Assembly (NCBI GenBank): GCA_963664325.2
Contig: CAXXDQ010000008.1
Coordinates: 160,001 to 224,000, forward strand
DNA length: 64,000 nt
Origin: Desulfomonilia bacterium
GTDB lineage: Bacteria; Desulfobacterota; Desulfomonilia; UBA1062
Reading direction: 5' to 3'
The translations under genes and the position numbers were made by a program. Under the pieces are notes generated by a model that was not told the origin of the DNA, made no database searches, and saw only the letters and a program-made list of their open reading frames with translations. Shown piece by piece: positions 21,777 through 31,678 of this stretch. Each line of letters starts with the position of its first letter. Position 1 is the stretch's first letter.

Positions 21777-22637
21777 ATGGCGCTTATAAGCTTAAAAGAA
21801 ATTCTGGATGCGGCGAATAAGGGCGGCTATGCAGTACCTGCTTTCGACGCCCTGGATCATGCCTCGGCAGAGGCTATTATCACGGCGGCAGAGGAATTGA
21901 ACCGTCCGGTAATCCTGATGGTCCCTGAAGCAGGGCTTCTCCTCGTTGATGCGGATATATTCATGCGCTTCCTCGTGGAGAGGGTGAAAACCGCAAAGGT
22001 CCCCATTGCTCTCGAGCTTGACCACGGCAAAAGCTTCATAGTCATCATGAAAGCGATCCAGTGCGGGTTTACCTCGGTCATGATCGACGGATCAGACCTT
22101 CCCAATGAAGAAAATATCGCGCTCACCGGAAAGATCGTCGAGGTCGCTCATGCAGCAGGTGTAAGCGTGGAAGCGGAGATAGGCCATGTCGCCGGAGGGG
22201 AGGGCAGCTTTGAAGGCAGCGTTGTGGACGAAAGCATGTACACAAGTCCTGAGGACGCAAAGGCCTTTGCCGAAGCAACAGGCGTTGATGCCCTGGCAGT
22301 CGCCTTCGGTACAGTTCACGGGGTTTATAAAGGCACGCCCAGACTGGATATAGACCGTCTGAAAGCGATAAAAGAAAGGCTCACAATCCCGCTGGTCATG
22401 CATGGCGGCTCCGGAGTGTCCGAGGAAGATTTCGTCAGCGCCATTAAAAACGGGATAAGCAAGATCAATCTCTTTACCGAGATTTCCATGGCGGCGGTTG
22501 CAAAGAGTGTAGCGCATGCGCAGGCCAGAGAAAACAAGCTCCATTTTGCAGAGCTTATATATGTGGCCAGGATGGAAGTATCAAATATCGCAAAAAAATA
22601 TATCCGGCTCTTCAGTCTCGAAAAAGTTGCAAAATAA
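21777..22637 (+). CDS. Class II ketose-bisphosphate aldolase (Fba/GatY family)
   Basis: LDHG, GFTSVMIDGS, VEAEIG, ALAVAFGTVHG.Y, PLVMHGGSG, KIN. Confidence 0.92.
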   Translation: MALISLKEILDAANKGGYAVPAFDALDHASAEAIITAAEELNRPVILMVPEAGLLLVDADIFMRFLVERVKTAKVPIALELDHGKSFIVIMKAIQCGFTSVMIDGSDLPNEENIALTGKIVEVAHAAGVSVEAEIGHVAGGEGSFEGSVVDESMYTSPEDAKAFAEATGVDALAVAFGTVHGVYKGTPRLDIDRLKAIKERLTIPLVMHGGSGVSEEDFVSAIKNGISKINLFTEISMAAVAKSVAHAQARENKLHFAELIYVARMEVSNIAKKYIRLFSLEKVAK

Positions 22638-22657
22638 AATATTAAACCGAGGTTATC

Positions 22658-24163
22658 ATGAAAGAATATGTTGTTGTCATTGACCGCGGAAGCACCAATG
22701 TCAAGGCAGTAGCGTTCGACACGAAGGGAAACGAAGTCTTCACATCAGCCTGCGCAAGCCAGAAGCCTGTTTCCGTAAAGCCGGGCTGGTGGGAGCAGGA
22801 TATGCAGATAATCTGGGAAAACACGGCAAGCGCCATCAAGGGCATTTTCAAGGGCGGCATCCTTCCCGAAGAAATAATCGGCATTTTCGCAGTGGGGCAG
22901 GGCAACGGCATGATGCCTATAGATAAAAACGGAAACCCGTCCCGCATGGGCATACTGTCTTTGGACAGCCGCGCAAAGGGTATTCACGACGGATGGATGA
23001 CGGACGGCCGCTATTCACAGGCCATAGAAAAGCTTGTATTCCCGTTTGTTGTAGGCTCCCCCCTTTCGCTACTTGCCTGGTTCAAAGAGAATGCGCCTCA
23101 AGATTTCAGCGCAATCGATAAGGTCCTCTTTTCAAAAGACTGGATACGCTACAAGCTTAGCGGCACCATCTGCACGGACCCCAGCGATGCAAGCGGCGCA
23201 GGCTTGATTGACCCGAGAAAAAATGCATATGCATGGGACGTTTTCGAACTGCTGGGCCTCTCTGACATAAAGGATAAGCTTCCTGAAATCCGGCCCTCTC
23301 ATGAAGTGGTCGGCCGGGTCACAAAAGAAGCGGCCGTGGCTACAGGCTTGAAAGAAGGCACGCCTGTCATGTGCGGTGCGCATGATATTGCCGCATATCC
23401 GTTCGGGATCGGCTCGATGGACTCGAAAGAGCTTGTAACGGTTGTCGGCACATGGGGTTTCAGTCTTGTTCCGGTTTCGAGCCTGGACGGCATGTTCATG
23501 GCCTATTACCATACTGTCCCCGGCTGTTTCCTCACGGGCATCGGCGACGGCAATTCGGGTGGCTGCCTGGACATCATCATCAACAACCTGTGCGAATACG
23601 AAAAAGAGCAGGCCATCAGAAATGGAGTTTCCGTTTACGAATATATCGAGGATATGATCGAGAACACGAAAAAGACCGGCATACTGTTTCATCCTTTCGT
23701 ATTCGGCAATATCTTCTTCGGTTCAGCCAGCGGCTGCTTTTACGGCATCAGAAACTGGCATACAAAGGCCGATATGATGCGTGCCGTGTATGAAGGCATA
23801 GTAATGGGGTATCATTCGAATATGAAACTGATCCCGAACAGCGCGAATTTCGAATCCATGTGGCTTATAGGCGGCGGCGCAAAAAGCAAAATATTCGGAC
23901 AGATTTTTGCTGATGTCACAGGCCTTCCTGTCAAAGTGCCGAAACCTTACGAGATCACTGCCAGGGGCGGTGCGATGAACGCGCTCGTTGGGCTGGGCGT
24001 TTATAAAAACCATAAGGATGCCTGCATCCCGCCAGAGATCAAAACAGTATATCACCCGAATCCCGAGATGCAGGCCTACTATCAGAAAAAGTCAGCCGCC
24101 TATCAGCAGATATTCGATAACAACATGCAGATATGGGATACGCTGAGCGGGTTGAACGGCTGA
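22658..24163 (+). CDS. FGGY family carbohydrate kinase (L-xylulose kinase-like)
   Basis: ID.GST.VKA, GWWEQD, GQGNG, DSRA, KDWIRYKL, TDPSDASG, GAHD, GTW, GGGAKS. Confidence 0.9.
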   Translation: MKEYVVVIDRGSTNVKAVAFDTKGNEVFTSACASQKPVSVKPGWWEQDMQIIWENTASAIKGIFKGGILPEEIIGIFAVGQGNGMMPIDKNGNPSRMGILSLDSRAKGIHDGWMTDGRYSQAIEKLVFPFVVGSPLSLLAWFKENAPQDFSAIDKVLFSKDWIRYKLSGTICTDPSDASGAGLIDPRKNAYAWDVFELLGLSDIKDKLPEIRPSHEVVGRVTKEAAVATGLKEGTPVMCGAHDIAAYPFGIGSMDSKELVTVVGTWGFSLVPVSSLDGMFMAYYHTVPGCFLTGIGDGNSGGCLDIIINNLCEYEKEQAIRNGVSVYEYIEDMIENTKKTGILFHPFVFGNIFFGSASGCFYGIRNWHTKADMMRAVYEGIVMGYHSNMKLIPNSANFESMWLIGGGAKSKIFGQIFADVTGLPVKVPKPYEITARGGAMNALVGLGVYKNHKDACIPPEIKTVYHPNPEMQAYYQKKSAAYQQIFDNNMQIWDTLSGLNG

Positions 24164-24330
24164 GAAACATCACTATAATAAACTGGATGATATGTTCTGA
24201 TTTTATAGCGTGTTTTATCTTTTCAATTTTTTTCAAGTAAAGTAGTATTTCATAAAACTTGAAAAAATAACGTCAGGGTATATTGACTATTGGTTGGGAA
24301 AAATGAACTTCTTCAATAATTGGAATTAGG

Positions 24331-26112
24331 ATGCCAACACTTGATTGGATTGGTAAAAAGGCAGTTGTAAATCATCATAAGGAAGTTCCGTTTCACTTGC
24401 TAAAGTGCGACCCTGATTTGTCTGTGGGTGACCCGGAAAGTGGGAACCTTCTTGTCCAGGGTGACAACCTTCTCGCCTTGAAAGCCCTGCTTCCCTATTA
24501 TGCCAGGCAGGTGAAATGCATCTATATTGATCCGCCATACAATACTGGCAATGAAAAATGGGTATATAACGATAACGTAAATAGCCCAGAAATTCGGAAA
24601 TGGCTTGGAGAAGTTATTGGTAAGGAAGGTGATACATTAGACCGGCATGATCGGTGGCTTTGCATGATGTATCCGCGCTTGGTTTTGCTGAAAAAATTTT
24701 TACGTGAAGATGGGGCGATATTTATCTCAATTGACGATAATGAAATTGCTTCACTTCGATTCTTGATGAATGAGATATTTGGTTCAAACAATTTCGTTAG
24801 TTCAATTGCATGGCAAAAAATATATACCGTGAAAAATAGTGCACGACATTTTTCGGAAATGCATGACTATTTAATTGTTTATGCTTTGAATAAGAATTTT
24901 TGGGAAAGGAACCTTTTACCTCGAAAATCTGAAACGGAAGAAGATTATTCAAATCCAGACGAAGACCCACGAGGAGACTGGACCAGCAATGCTCTTCAAT
25001 CAAGGAACTTTTATAGTAAGGGGATTTACTCCATCAATTGTCCGGGTGGAAATGTTATAGAAGGACCACCAAAGGGAACATATTGGCGCTTGGAGGAGAG
25101 GAAACTCTGGGAATTGCATAAAGATAACCGCGTTTGGTGGGGAAAGTCTGGCAACAACAGCCCACGAATAAAAAAATTTTTATTAGAAGCAAAAGATGGA
25201 GTAGTACCTTCTACATGGTGGGAACATAAGTTTGCAGGAACAAATTCAGGAGCTAAAACTGAACTCCGCTCAATTCTAGGAGACTTCAAGGAAGACCTTT
25301 TTAATACACCTAAACCCTGGCAGTTAATTCAGAGAATAATTCAAATAGCTACAGATAAAAATTCAATTGTCTTAGACTCTTTTGCCGGTTCTGGGTCAAC
25401 TGCTCATGCAGTTCTGCATCAAAACACCAGAGATAAAGGGAACAGAAAATTCATCCTTGTTGAAATGGACCAAATCGTTTCACAAAGCATTACTGCCTCA
25501 AGAATTAAGAAAATCATAACCGGCTACAATTTTGTAGGCAAAAAACGAGAAGAACTATACAAAGTGAAACTTTCATTAGGAAATCTAAATAAATTATCAA
25601 AATATCTTGAAGAAATAGAGGCCATTGAAAAAGAAAACAAAAATAATTTTACGCGCACAATAAAAGAACTGAATGAATGTGAACTTTCTATTTATGGGGA
25701 GATTGATATCGAAGGGCAAATGCCTGGCTTAGGTGGGGGTGTAAATTTTTGCACTATTGGAGAAACCCTCTTTGACAATACCGGACAAATTTCTAAATCA
25801 GTTTCATTCGGCGATCTTGCCCGGTTTGTTTTCTTCATGGAAACCGGCTCGCCGTTACTATATGAAGTGACAGGTAAATCCCCGTTAATCGGCATCTATA
25901 ATGGCACTGCAATTTATTTACTCTATAATGGCGTTTTAGGCGATAAAACGCCACAGGGGGGCAATGCTCTAACCCGTGCCGTATTTGAAAACTTACCCCC
26001 TAATGCCGGACCTAAAGTAGTATATGGTACAAGTTGCCGGGTTAGCCTTGCCCGATTGAAACAGGAAAATATTATTTTCCGACAGATTCCCTATGAATTG
26101 AGGGTTGATTGA
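24331..26112 (+). CDS. mod: Type III restriction-modification methyltransferase (Mod)
   Basis: QGDNL.ALK.L, CIYIDPPYNTG, IFISIDDNE, TPKP..LI.RII, VLDSFAGSGSTAHAV; overlaps the res start. Confidence 0.9.
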   Translation: MPTLDWIGKKAVVNHHKEVPFHLLKCDPDLSVGDPESGNLLVQGDNLLALKALLPYYARQVKCIYIDPPYNTGNEKWVYNDNVNSPEIRKWLGEVIGKEGDTLDRHDRWLCMMYPRLVLLKKFLREDGAIFISIDDNEIASLRFLMNEIFGSNNFVSSIAWQKIYTVKNSARHFSEMHDYLIVYALNKNFWERNLLPRKSETEEDYSNPDEDPRGDWTSNALQSRNFYSKGIYSINCPGGNVIEGPPKGTYWRLEERKLWELHKDNRVWWGKSGNNSPRIKKFLLEAKDGVVPSTWWEHKFAGTNSGAKTELRSILGDFKEDLFNTPKPWQLIQRIIQIATDKNSIVLDSFAGSGSTAHAVLHQNTRDKGNRKFILVEMDQIVSQSITASRIKKIITGYNFVGKKREELYKVKLSLGNLNKLSKYLEEIEAIEKENKNNFTRTIKELNECELSIYGEIDIEGQMPGLGGGVNFCTIGETLFDNTGQISKSVSFGDLARFVFFMETGSPLLYEVTGKSPLIGIYNGTAIYLLYNGVLGDKTPQGGNALTRAVFENLPPNAGPKVVYGTSCRVSLARLKQENIIFRQIPYELRVD

Positions 26113-28745
26113 TGTTTGCACTCAAAGACTATCAGGAATGGGCCTTGGATGCATTGCGGGAATACTTTCAAGAGTGTTCACGCACTGGTGATGCTAATGT
26201 CTCTTTTTATTTGGTTACGGAAAAGACACTGGGAATAAACGTCCCTTATAATAATGTTAGAGAACTGCCTGGGTTGCCCTACGTCTGTTTGCGGATACCC
26301 ACCGGAGGCGGCAAAACAATTGTTGCCTGTCACAGTATCGAGGTTGCGGCGAGGGAACTTGCACAGACTGAAAGCCCAGTTGTTTTGTGGCTTGTACCTT
26401 CCAATGCCATTCTTGAACAGACCATTGCCGCCTTGCGCAACCGAAACCATTCATACCGGCAGGCCGTTGAAACAACAGTTGGCGCGGTAAATGTACTTGA
26501 TGTGGAAGCGGCCTTGTATGTGAAGCGGGCGCAGCTTGAGGGAGAGGTAACCATTATTGTCACCACCATGCAGGCTTTCCGGGTGGAAGATACGGTAGGA
26601 CGGAGAGTATACAGGGATTCCGGTGACTTGATGGATCATTTTACCGGCATCCCGCCAGATGTATCAGACACTCTTGAAAAGGGTGAAGGCGGCAATATCA
26701 TTCATTCCCTTGCCAATGTTTTGAGATTGAGAAGGCCGGTTGTCATTGTTGATGAGGCGCACAACTCCCGGACAACTCTTTCTTTTGAAACTCTAGCCCG
26801 GTTCAATCCATCATGCATCATCGAGTTTACCGCCACGCCTGCCAGAGAAGAACATGCAAGCAACATTTTATACAGTGCATCCGCCGCTGATCTGAAATCC
26901 GCCCAAATGATAAAAATGCCAATCCACCTTTATACAAGGCCGGAATGGAAAGAACTGCTTTCCGATGCCATCAGCTGCCGGAACATACTTGAAGGAAAAG
27001 CGAACCTGGAACGGCAGCAAACAGGTGAATATATACGCCCCATAATGCTTATTCAGGCGCAGGCGCAACGGCAGGGGCAGGAAACCTTGTCCGTGGACGT
27101 TGTTAAACAATGCCTGATAACAGACCACAGAATCCCGGAAGAACAGATTGCCATTGCCACTGGCGCAACCAAGGAACTTGAAGGAATCGACATTCTGAAA
27201 GCCGATGTGCCGATACGTTATGTCATTACCATTCAAGCATTGCGTGAAGGGTGGGACTGCCCCTTTGCCTATGTGCTTTGCAGCGTTGCGGAATCACGTT
27301 CGGCAACGGCCATTGAACAGATATTGGGCCGGGTAATGCGGTTGCCAAGGGCGGCATGGAAGAACAAAGAAGAACTTAACAAGGCTTATGCTTTTGCCAC
27401 GTCTGCGAACTTTTCAGAGGTTGCCAACACCTTGACCGATGCCCTTGTGCAAAGCGGCTTTGAAAGGCAGGAAGCAAAAGACCTGATTATACCCGGCAAA
27501 ATAGAACAGACCGAACTCCCCTTAGACAAAAGTATGCCTTTTATGGGTGTGATAACTGTCACCATGCCTGAAAGGCCGGAGATTGAAAGGCTTTCTGAAG
27601 AAACCCGCAAGAAAGTCACCTTTGATGAAAAGGATAACAAGCTTTCATTCTACGGTGAAATGACCGATGCGGAGCGTGAAGAGATAAAGACTATCTGCAA
27701 CACAAACGAAGGCAAGGCCGGGGTTGACCGTGCGTTTTCTATTTCAATGGGCAAGAACCCTGAAGAGGAAAAGCGCACCCCTTCCGAAAAGAACATATCT
27801 TTTACGGTGCCGATGTTGTCGATAAAACAGGGGAGCCTTTTTGAACAGTTTGAAGAAACCCATTTCCTTGACCACCCCTGGGAACTGGCAAAATGTGACG
27901 CGCTTATTTCAGAGGAAGAATATTCGGCAAAACGGCCTGATGCCCAAAGCGGAGAAATAGACATTAATGAAAACGGCAAGGTAGCTTCAAGATTTGTATC
28001 CAAGCTGCAAAGCCAAATGACCCTTTTTACCAATAATGCAAGCTGGAGCGTTGCCAGCCTTGTTAATTGGCTTGACCGCAATATCCAGCATATCGACATC
28101 TCCCCAGAGGATACCGGCATATTTCTTACTCGGCTCGTCCAGACACTTATCGAACAGCGGGGCATGTCCATTGACCAGCTTGTCCTTGATAAGTACCGCT
28201 TGAAAAGGGCTGTTGAAAAGAAAATCGAACAGCATCGGCAAGATGCTAGAAACAAGACATATCAATTATTGTTGTTCGGGGAAAAGGCGGAAGTGATTGT
28301 TTCCCCGGATATATGTTTTTCATTTGCCGCTGATCCGAGAAAGTATGTCTATTCTAAAGCCTATCGGGGAAGGTATGAGTTTAAGAAACATTATTACCCT
28401 GAAATAGGCGACCTGGAAGAAAAGGGCGAAGAGTTTGAATGCGCCCAATTCATCGACCAAACGGAGGAAGTTGAATTTTGGGTGAGAAACCCAGTCAGGC
28501 GTCCCGGATATTCCTTCTGGCTGCAAACATCGACTGATAAGTTTTATCCTGATTTTGTCTGTAAGTTGAAAGACGGGCGGACTTTGGTTGTTGAGTACAA
28601 GGGCGGCCACCTATGGAACGACGAATCAAAAGAGAAGAAAATTCTTGGTGAATTGTGGGCTGAAAGAAGCAGTGGGTCTTGTCTCTTTGTTATGCCGACG
28701 GATAATAATTATGCTGATATTCGGTTAGCAATTAGCCATGAATGA
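26112..28745 (+). CDS. res: Type III restriction enzyme Res subunit (SF2 helicase plus PD-(D/E)xK nuclease)
   Basis: PTGGGKT, VDEAH, TAT, EGWDCP, QILGRVMR, C-terminal FYPDF...VEYKG; TGATG coupling with mod. Confidence 0.9.
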   Translation: MFALKDYQEWALDALREYFQECSRTGDANVSFYLVTEKTLGINVPYNNVRELPGLPYVCLRIPTGGGKTIVACHSIEVAARELAQTESPVVLWLVPSNAILEQTIAALRNRNHSYRQAVETTVGAVNVLDVEAALYVKRAQLEGEVTIIVTTMQAFRVEDTVGRRVYRDSGDLMDHFTGIPPDVSDTLEKGEGGNIIHSLANVLRLRRPVVIVDEAHNSRTTLSFETLARFNPSCIIEFTATPAREEHASNILYSASAADLKSAQMIKMPIHLYTRPEWKELLSDAISCRNILEGKANLERQQTGEYIRPIMLIQAQAQRQGQETLSVDVVKQCLITDHRIPEEQIAIATGATKELEGIDILKADVPIRYVITIQALREGWDCPFAYVLCSVAESRSATAIEQILGRVMRLPRAAWKNKEELNKAYAFATSANFSEVANTLTDALVQSGFERQEAKDLIIPGKIEQTELPLDKSMPFMGVITVTMPERPEIERLSEETRKKVTFDEKDNKLSFYGEMTDAEREEIKTICNTNEGKAGVDRAFSISMGKNPEEEKRTPSEKNISFTVPMLSIKQGSLFEQFEETHFLDHPWELAKCDALISEEEYSAKRPDAQSGEIDINENGKVASRFVSKLQSQMTLFTNNASWSVASLVNWLDRNIQHIDISPEDTGIFLTRLVQTLIEQRGMSIDQLVLDKYRLKRAVEKKIEQHRQDARNKTYQLLLFGEKAEVIVSPDICFSFAADPRKYVYSKAYRGRYEFKKHYYPEIGDLEEKGEEFECAQFIDQTEEVEFWVRNPVRRPGYSFWLQTSTDKFYPDFVCKLKDGRTLVVEYKGGHLWNDESKEKKILGELWAERSSGSCLFVMPTDNNYADIRLAISHE

Positions 28746-29006
28746 TATTTTTGACAGAAAAACAAACAAATCGTTGTAAATAAAAAAAGAATAAGGGGAC
28801 AACTCCCAAAAATTGACAATATAATGTAAATTTTTGTGGAAAAAGACTGCGGGACGCTCATAAATTAATAACTAATTTTGTAATAAGTTATCAACATTCC
28901 TGATTGTGTGCGCGGCGTCAAATTTCTCTCTGGAAGAAAGGAGATAAATATTTACCCTTATGACGTTTTAGTGCTATAGCTACATAACGTTTAAGGGGGT
29001 GATATT

Positions 29007-29240
29007 ATGGGAACAGCGGCAATGCGCGCGACAGTGTATTTGGATCCGGATTTGCACAAAGCATTACGATTGAAAGCTGTAGAGACCACGCAGTCAATCT
29101 CGAAACTTGTGAATGATGCCATCAAAGAATCCCTTGCCGAGGACGCCGATGATATTGCAGCTTTTGAGGAAAGAGCCAAAGAGCCGTTGATCAGCTATGA
29201 TGCGATGATCAAGAGGCTGAAAAAAGATGGCCGAATATAA
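29007..29240 (+). CDS. Ribbon-helix-helix (CopG-like) antitoxin
   Basis: RATVYLD..LHKALRLKA...SIS.LVN.A, acidic tail; overlaps the downstream toxin. Confidence 0.85.
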   Translation: MGTAAMRATVYLDPDLHKALRLKAVETTQSISKLVNDAIKESLAEDADDIAAFEERAKEPLISYDAMIKRLKKDGRI

Positions 29241-29484
29241 AATCTATTTTAAAGAATCTGTTGAAAAGGATCTACGTATAATACCAAAGAAAGGCCTGCG
29301 GAAGATCATCCTTCGAATTCAGGCTCTCGCAAGTGACCCGAGGCCACCGGGCCACGAAAAACTCACAGGACAGGAGAGATATCGTATCCGCCAGGGTCAT
29401 TACAGAATATTATATTCCATTCAAGATAAAGAATTGGCTGTTTGGGTAGTAAAGATAGGACATCGAAAAGATATTTGCCGGTGA
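29227..29484 (+). CDS. RelE/ParE family toxin
   Basis: DPRPPG.EKL.G..RYRIRQG.YRILY.I.D..L.VWVVKIGHR. Confidence 0.9.
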   Translation: MAEYKIYFKESVEKDLRIIPKKGLRKIILRIQALASDPRPPGHEKLTGQERYRIRQGHYRILYSIQDKELAVWVVKIGHRKDICR

Positions 29485-29691
29485 ATCGAACGGGTTCAAT
29501 CCAGCCGGTCATAAGGCTCCGGCTGATTTTTTCTTTATCATCTGCAAAAGTTATATTTAATTAAAATATCCGATGTAAAAGTGCATATCCCGGCATGATA
29601 TCCGGACTTTCTGCCGGTGACAGAAGGGACTGTTGTCAGGCCTTATTGAAGTCTTACAACTTAATTTACCAAATCAAGTTGAAGCTGATAA

Positions 29692-29747
29692 AAACAATGG
29701 CTCCCGATGGTTTTGCTTTAAAGCATGCGCCCGGGGAGCCATTGTTT
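29692..29747 (-). terminator. Long hairpin after the acyl-CoA ligase gene
   Basis: AAACAATGGCTCCC...GGGAGCCATTGTTT with an inner TGCTTTAAAGCA palindrome. Confidence 0.55.
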
Positions 29748-29768
29748 GCAATGAGCAGGAAAAGAGCT

Positions 29769-31465
29769 TTAAATCTTCTGCTCGATTATCATCTTCCTGA
29801 GTTCGCGTTTCAGGACCTTTCCGACTCCGCTTACGGGAAGCTGGTCCATGAATATTATCTTTTTCGGGACTTTGTATGCGGCCACATGTTCCTTCAGGTG
29901 GCTCAATATCTTATCGCGCTCGGCATCACTCTTTTCAATGCCGCTTTCAGGACTATGGCGCATGCAACCCTTTCCGAACCGGCCCTTTCAGGGTCCGGGA
30001 CGCCGAATGATGCCGCCATCTCGATATCCGGATGCTCGGTCAGAATGTCATCCAGCTCCCTTGTGAACACCTTGAACCCTGAAACGATTACCATGTCCTT
30101 AAGCCTGTCCACGATGTAGAAATACCCGTCCTCGTCCATCTTCGCTATGTCGCCAGTGAACATCCAGCCGTCCCTCAGGGCGTGCGCCGTCTCTTCAGGC
30201 TTGTTGTAGTATCCGAGCGTGAATACCTGCGGGCCGTTTATGGCGATCTCTCCGGGTTCCCCCACAGGCGCTTCCTTTCCGGTTTCCGGGTCGATCAGCC
30301 TGAATATGGTATCAGGCATCGGCATGCCGATTGAGCCGGGCTTCTTCTTGCCGTAGCGCGGAAGGCAGCATGTGACCGGCGAGGTTTCCGTCATGCCGTA
30401 AAGCTCGACCAGCTTCCCCGGTCCGATTATGGATTCAAATTCCTTTATGTTCTCTGGAGGGAAGGGCTGTGCGGCCGACATGCACCACTTTATGCCCGAG
30501 AAGTCAAGCGCCCTGAATGCTGGCTGTTTCATCAGCTCAAGGTAGATGGTTGTTACATTGACCAGAGCGGTCGGCTTGTACTTTTTAAGGGATTCAACAA
30601 GAAAATGAGTGTCCCTGGGGTTCGGAACCGCTATCTGGGTCATTCCTTTGATCATCGATACCGTTCCTAGTATCAGGCCTGCTATATGGAAAAGAGGGAA
30701 GGCGCAAAGGAAGGTATCGCCGGTCACGATGTCCATCCAGGTGGATATCTGGCTCACGTTGCACATGATGTTCTTCTGGGTGAGCAGGGCTCCTTTTGCA
30801 GGGCCGGTCGTACCGCCCGTGTACATCATGAACATGGGCTTATCCATGCCCTTTTTTTCATCCACGGCATCTGACGGCATGGCCTTCAGTGCGTCGATGA
30901 AGCGTTCAACCTTGACCCCTGCTGCGGGTTTAACTTCCGCCATTGGTATTTTTTTGAGGAGCTTGCCCAGAAAGGCCTTTACCGGCGGGAGGAAGTCGGC
31001 AATGGATGAGACCAGAACGGTCTTTAGCCCGGTCTTGTCCGCAATCTCCCGGATTTTTTCATAAAGTACGTCAACGGTTAAAACTATCTGTGTCCCCGAA
31101 TCTTCTATCTGATGGGTGAGCTCGCTGGCCGTGAGCAGCGGAGAGAGTCCTGTTGAGACGCAGCCCGCTTTCTGGACTGCAATAACCGCAATATAGTGCG
31201 CCGGGATGTTCGGCAGGTGCAGGCCCACAACCATGCCCGGTTTGAGCCCGTTCTTTTTCAGGTAATTAGCGAGCTTGTTTGACAGGTTGTCGAGGTCGCT
31301 GAACGTAAGCGCTCTGCCGAGATAAATAAGGGCGGTCTTGTCCGGGAACTTATGAACCGTTTCCCTGAATAGTTCGCAAAACGTCCTGTTGTCATACGAA
31401 ATGTTCGGCGGTACGTGAGAATCATAATTTTTTACCCATGGCTTTCCCATATAGACATCATTCAT
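29769..31465 (-). CDS. Long-chain fatty acid-CoA ligase (FadD-like; frameshift ~29945)
   Basis: YTGGTTGPAKG, PLFH, YGMTETSP, WMFTGD, DRLKDM..VSG; C-terminal AAYKVPK..LP.S.VGKVLKR in the adjacent frame. Confidence 0.9.
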
Positions 31466-31633
31466 TATCAACCCCTAAAAAAAATTATTTTAAAATTAAT
31501 AATCTAAAGTTTTATTACCGAATGAGGTTCAAAAAAAGAGATGCGGTCAGACAGGTTGGGTGTTTAAGATTTCTAGGTTTATTATATATTAATTTGTTGA
31601 TTTTACAAATTAAAAATATTGAAGAGGATAAGG

Positions 31634-31663
31634 AAAAGGCGGGGATTTTTTAATCCCCGCCTT
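31634..31663 (-). terminator. Intrinsic terminator of the glutamate synthase operon
   Basis: AAGGCGGGGATT-4 nt-AATCCCCGCCTT with a U-tract on the minus strand. Confidence 0.8.
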
Positions 31664-31678
31664 GCAGGTCAGGTTCTT

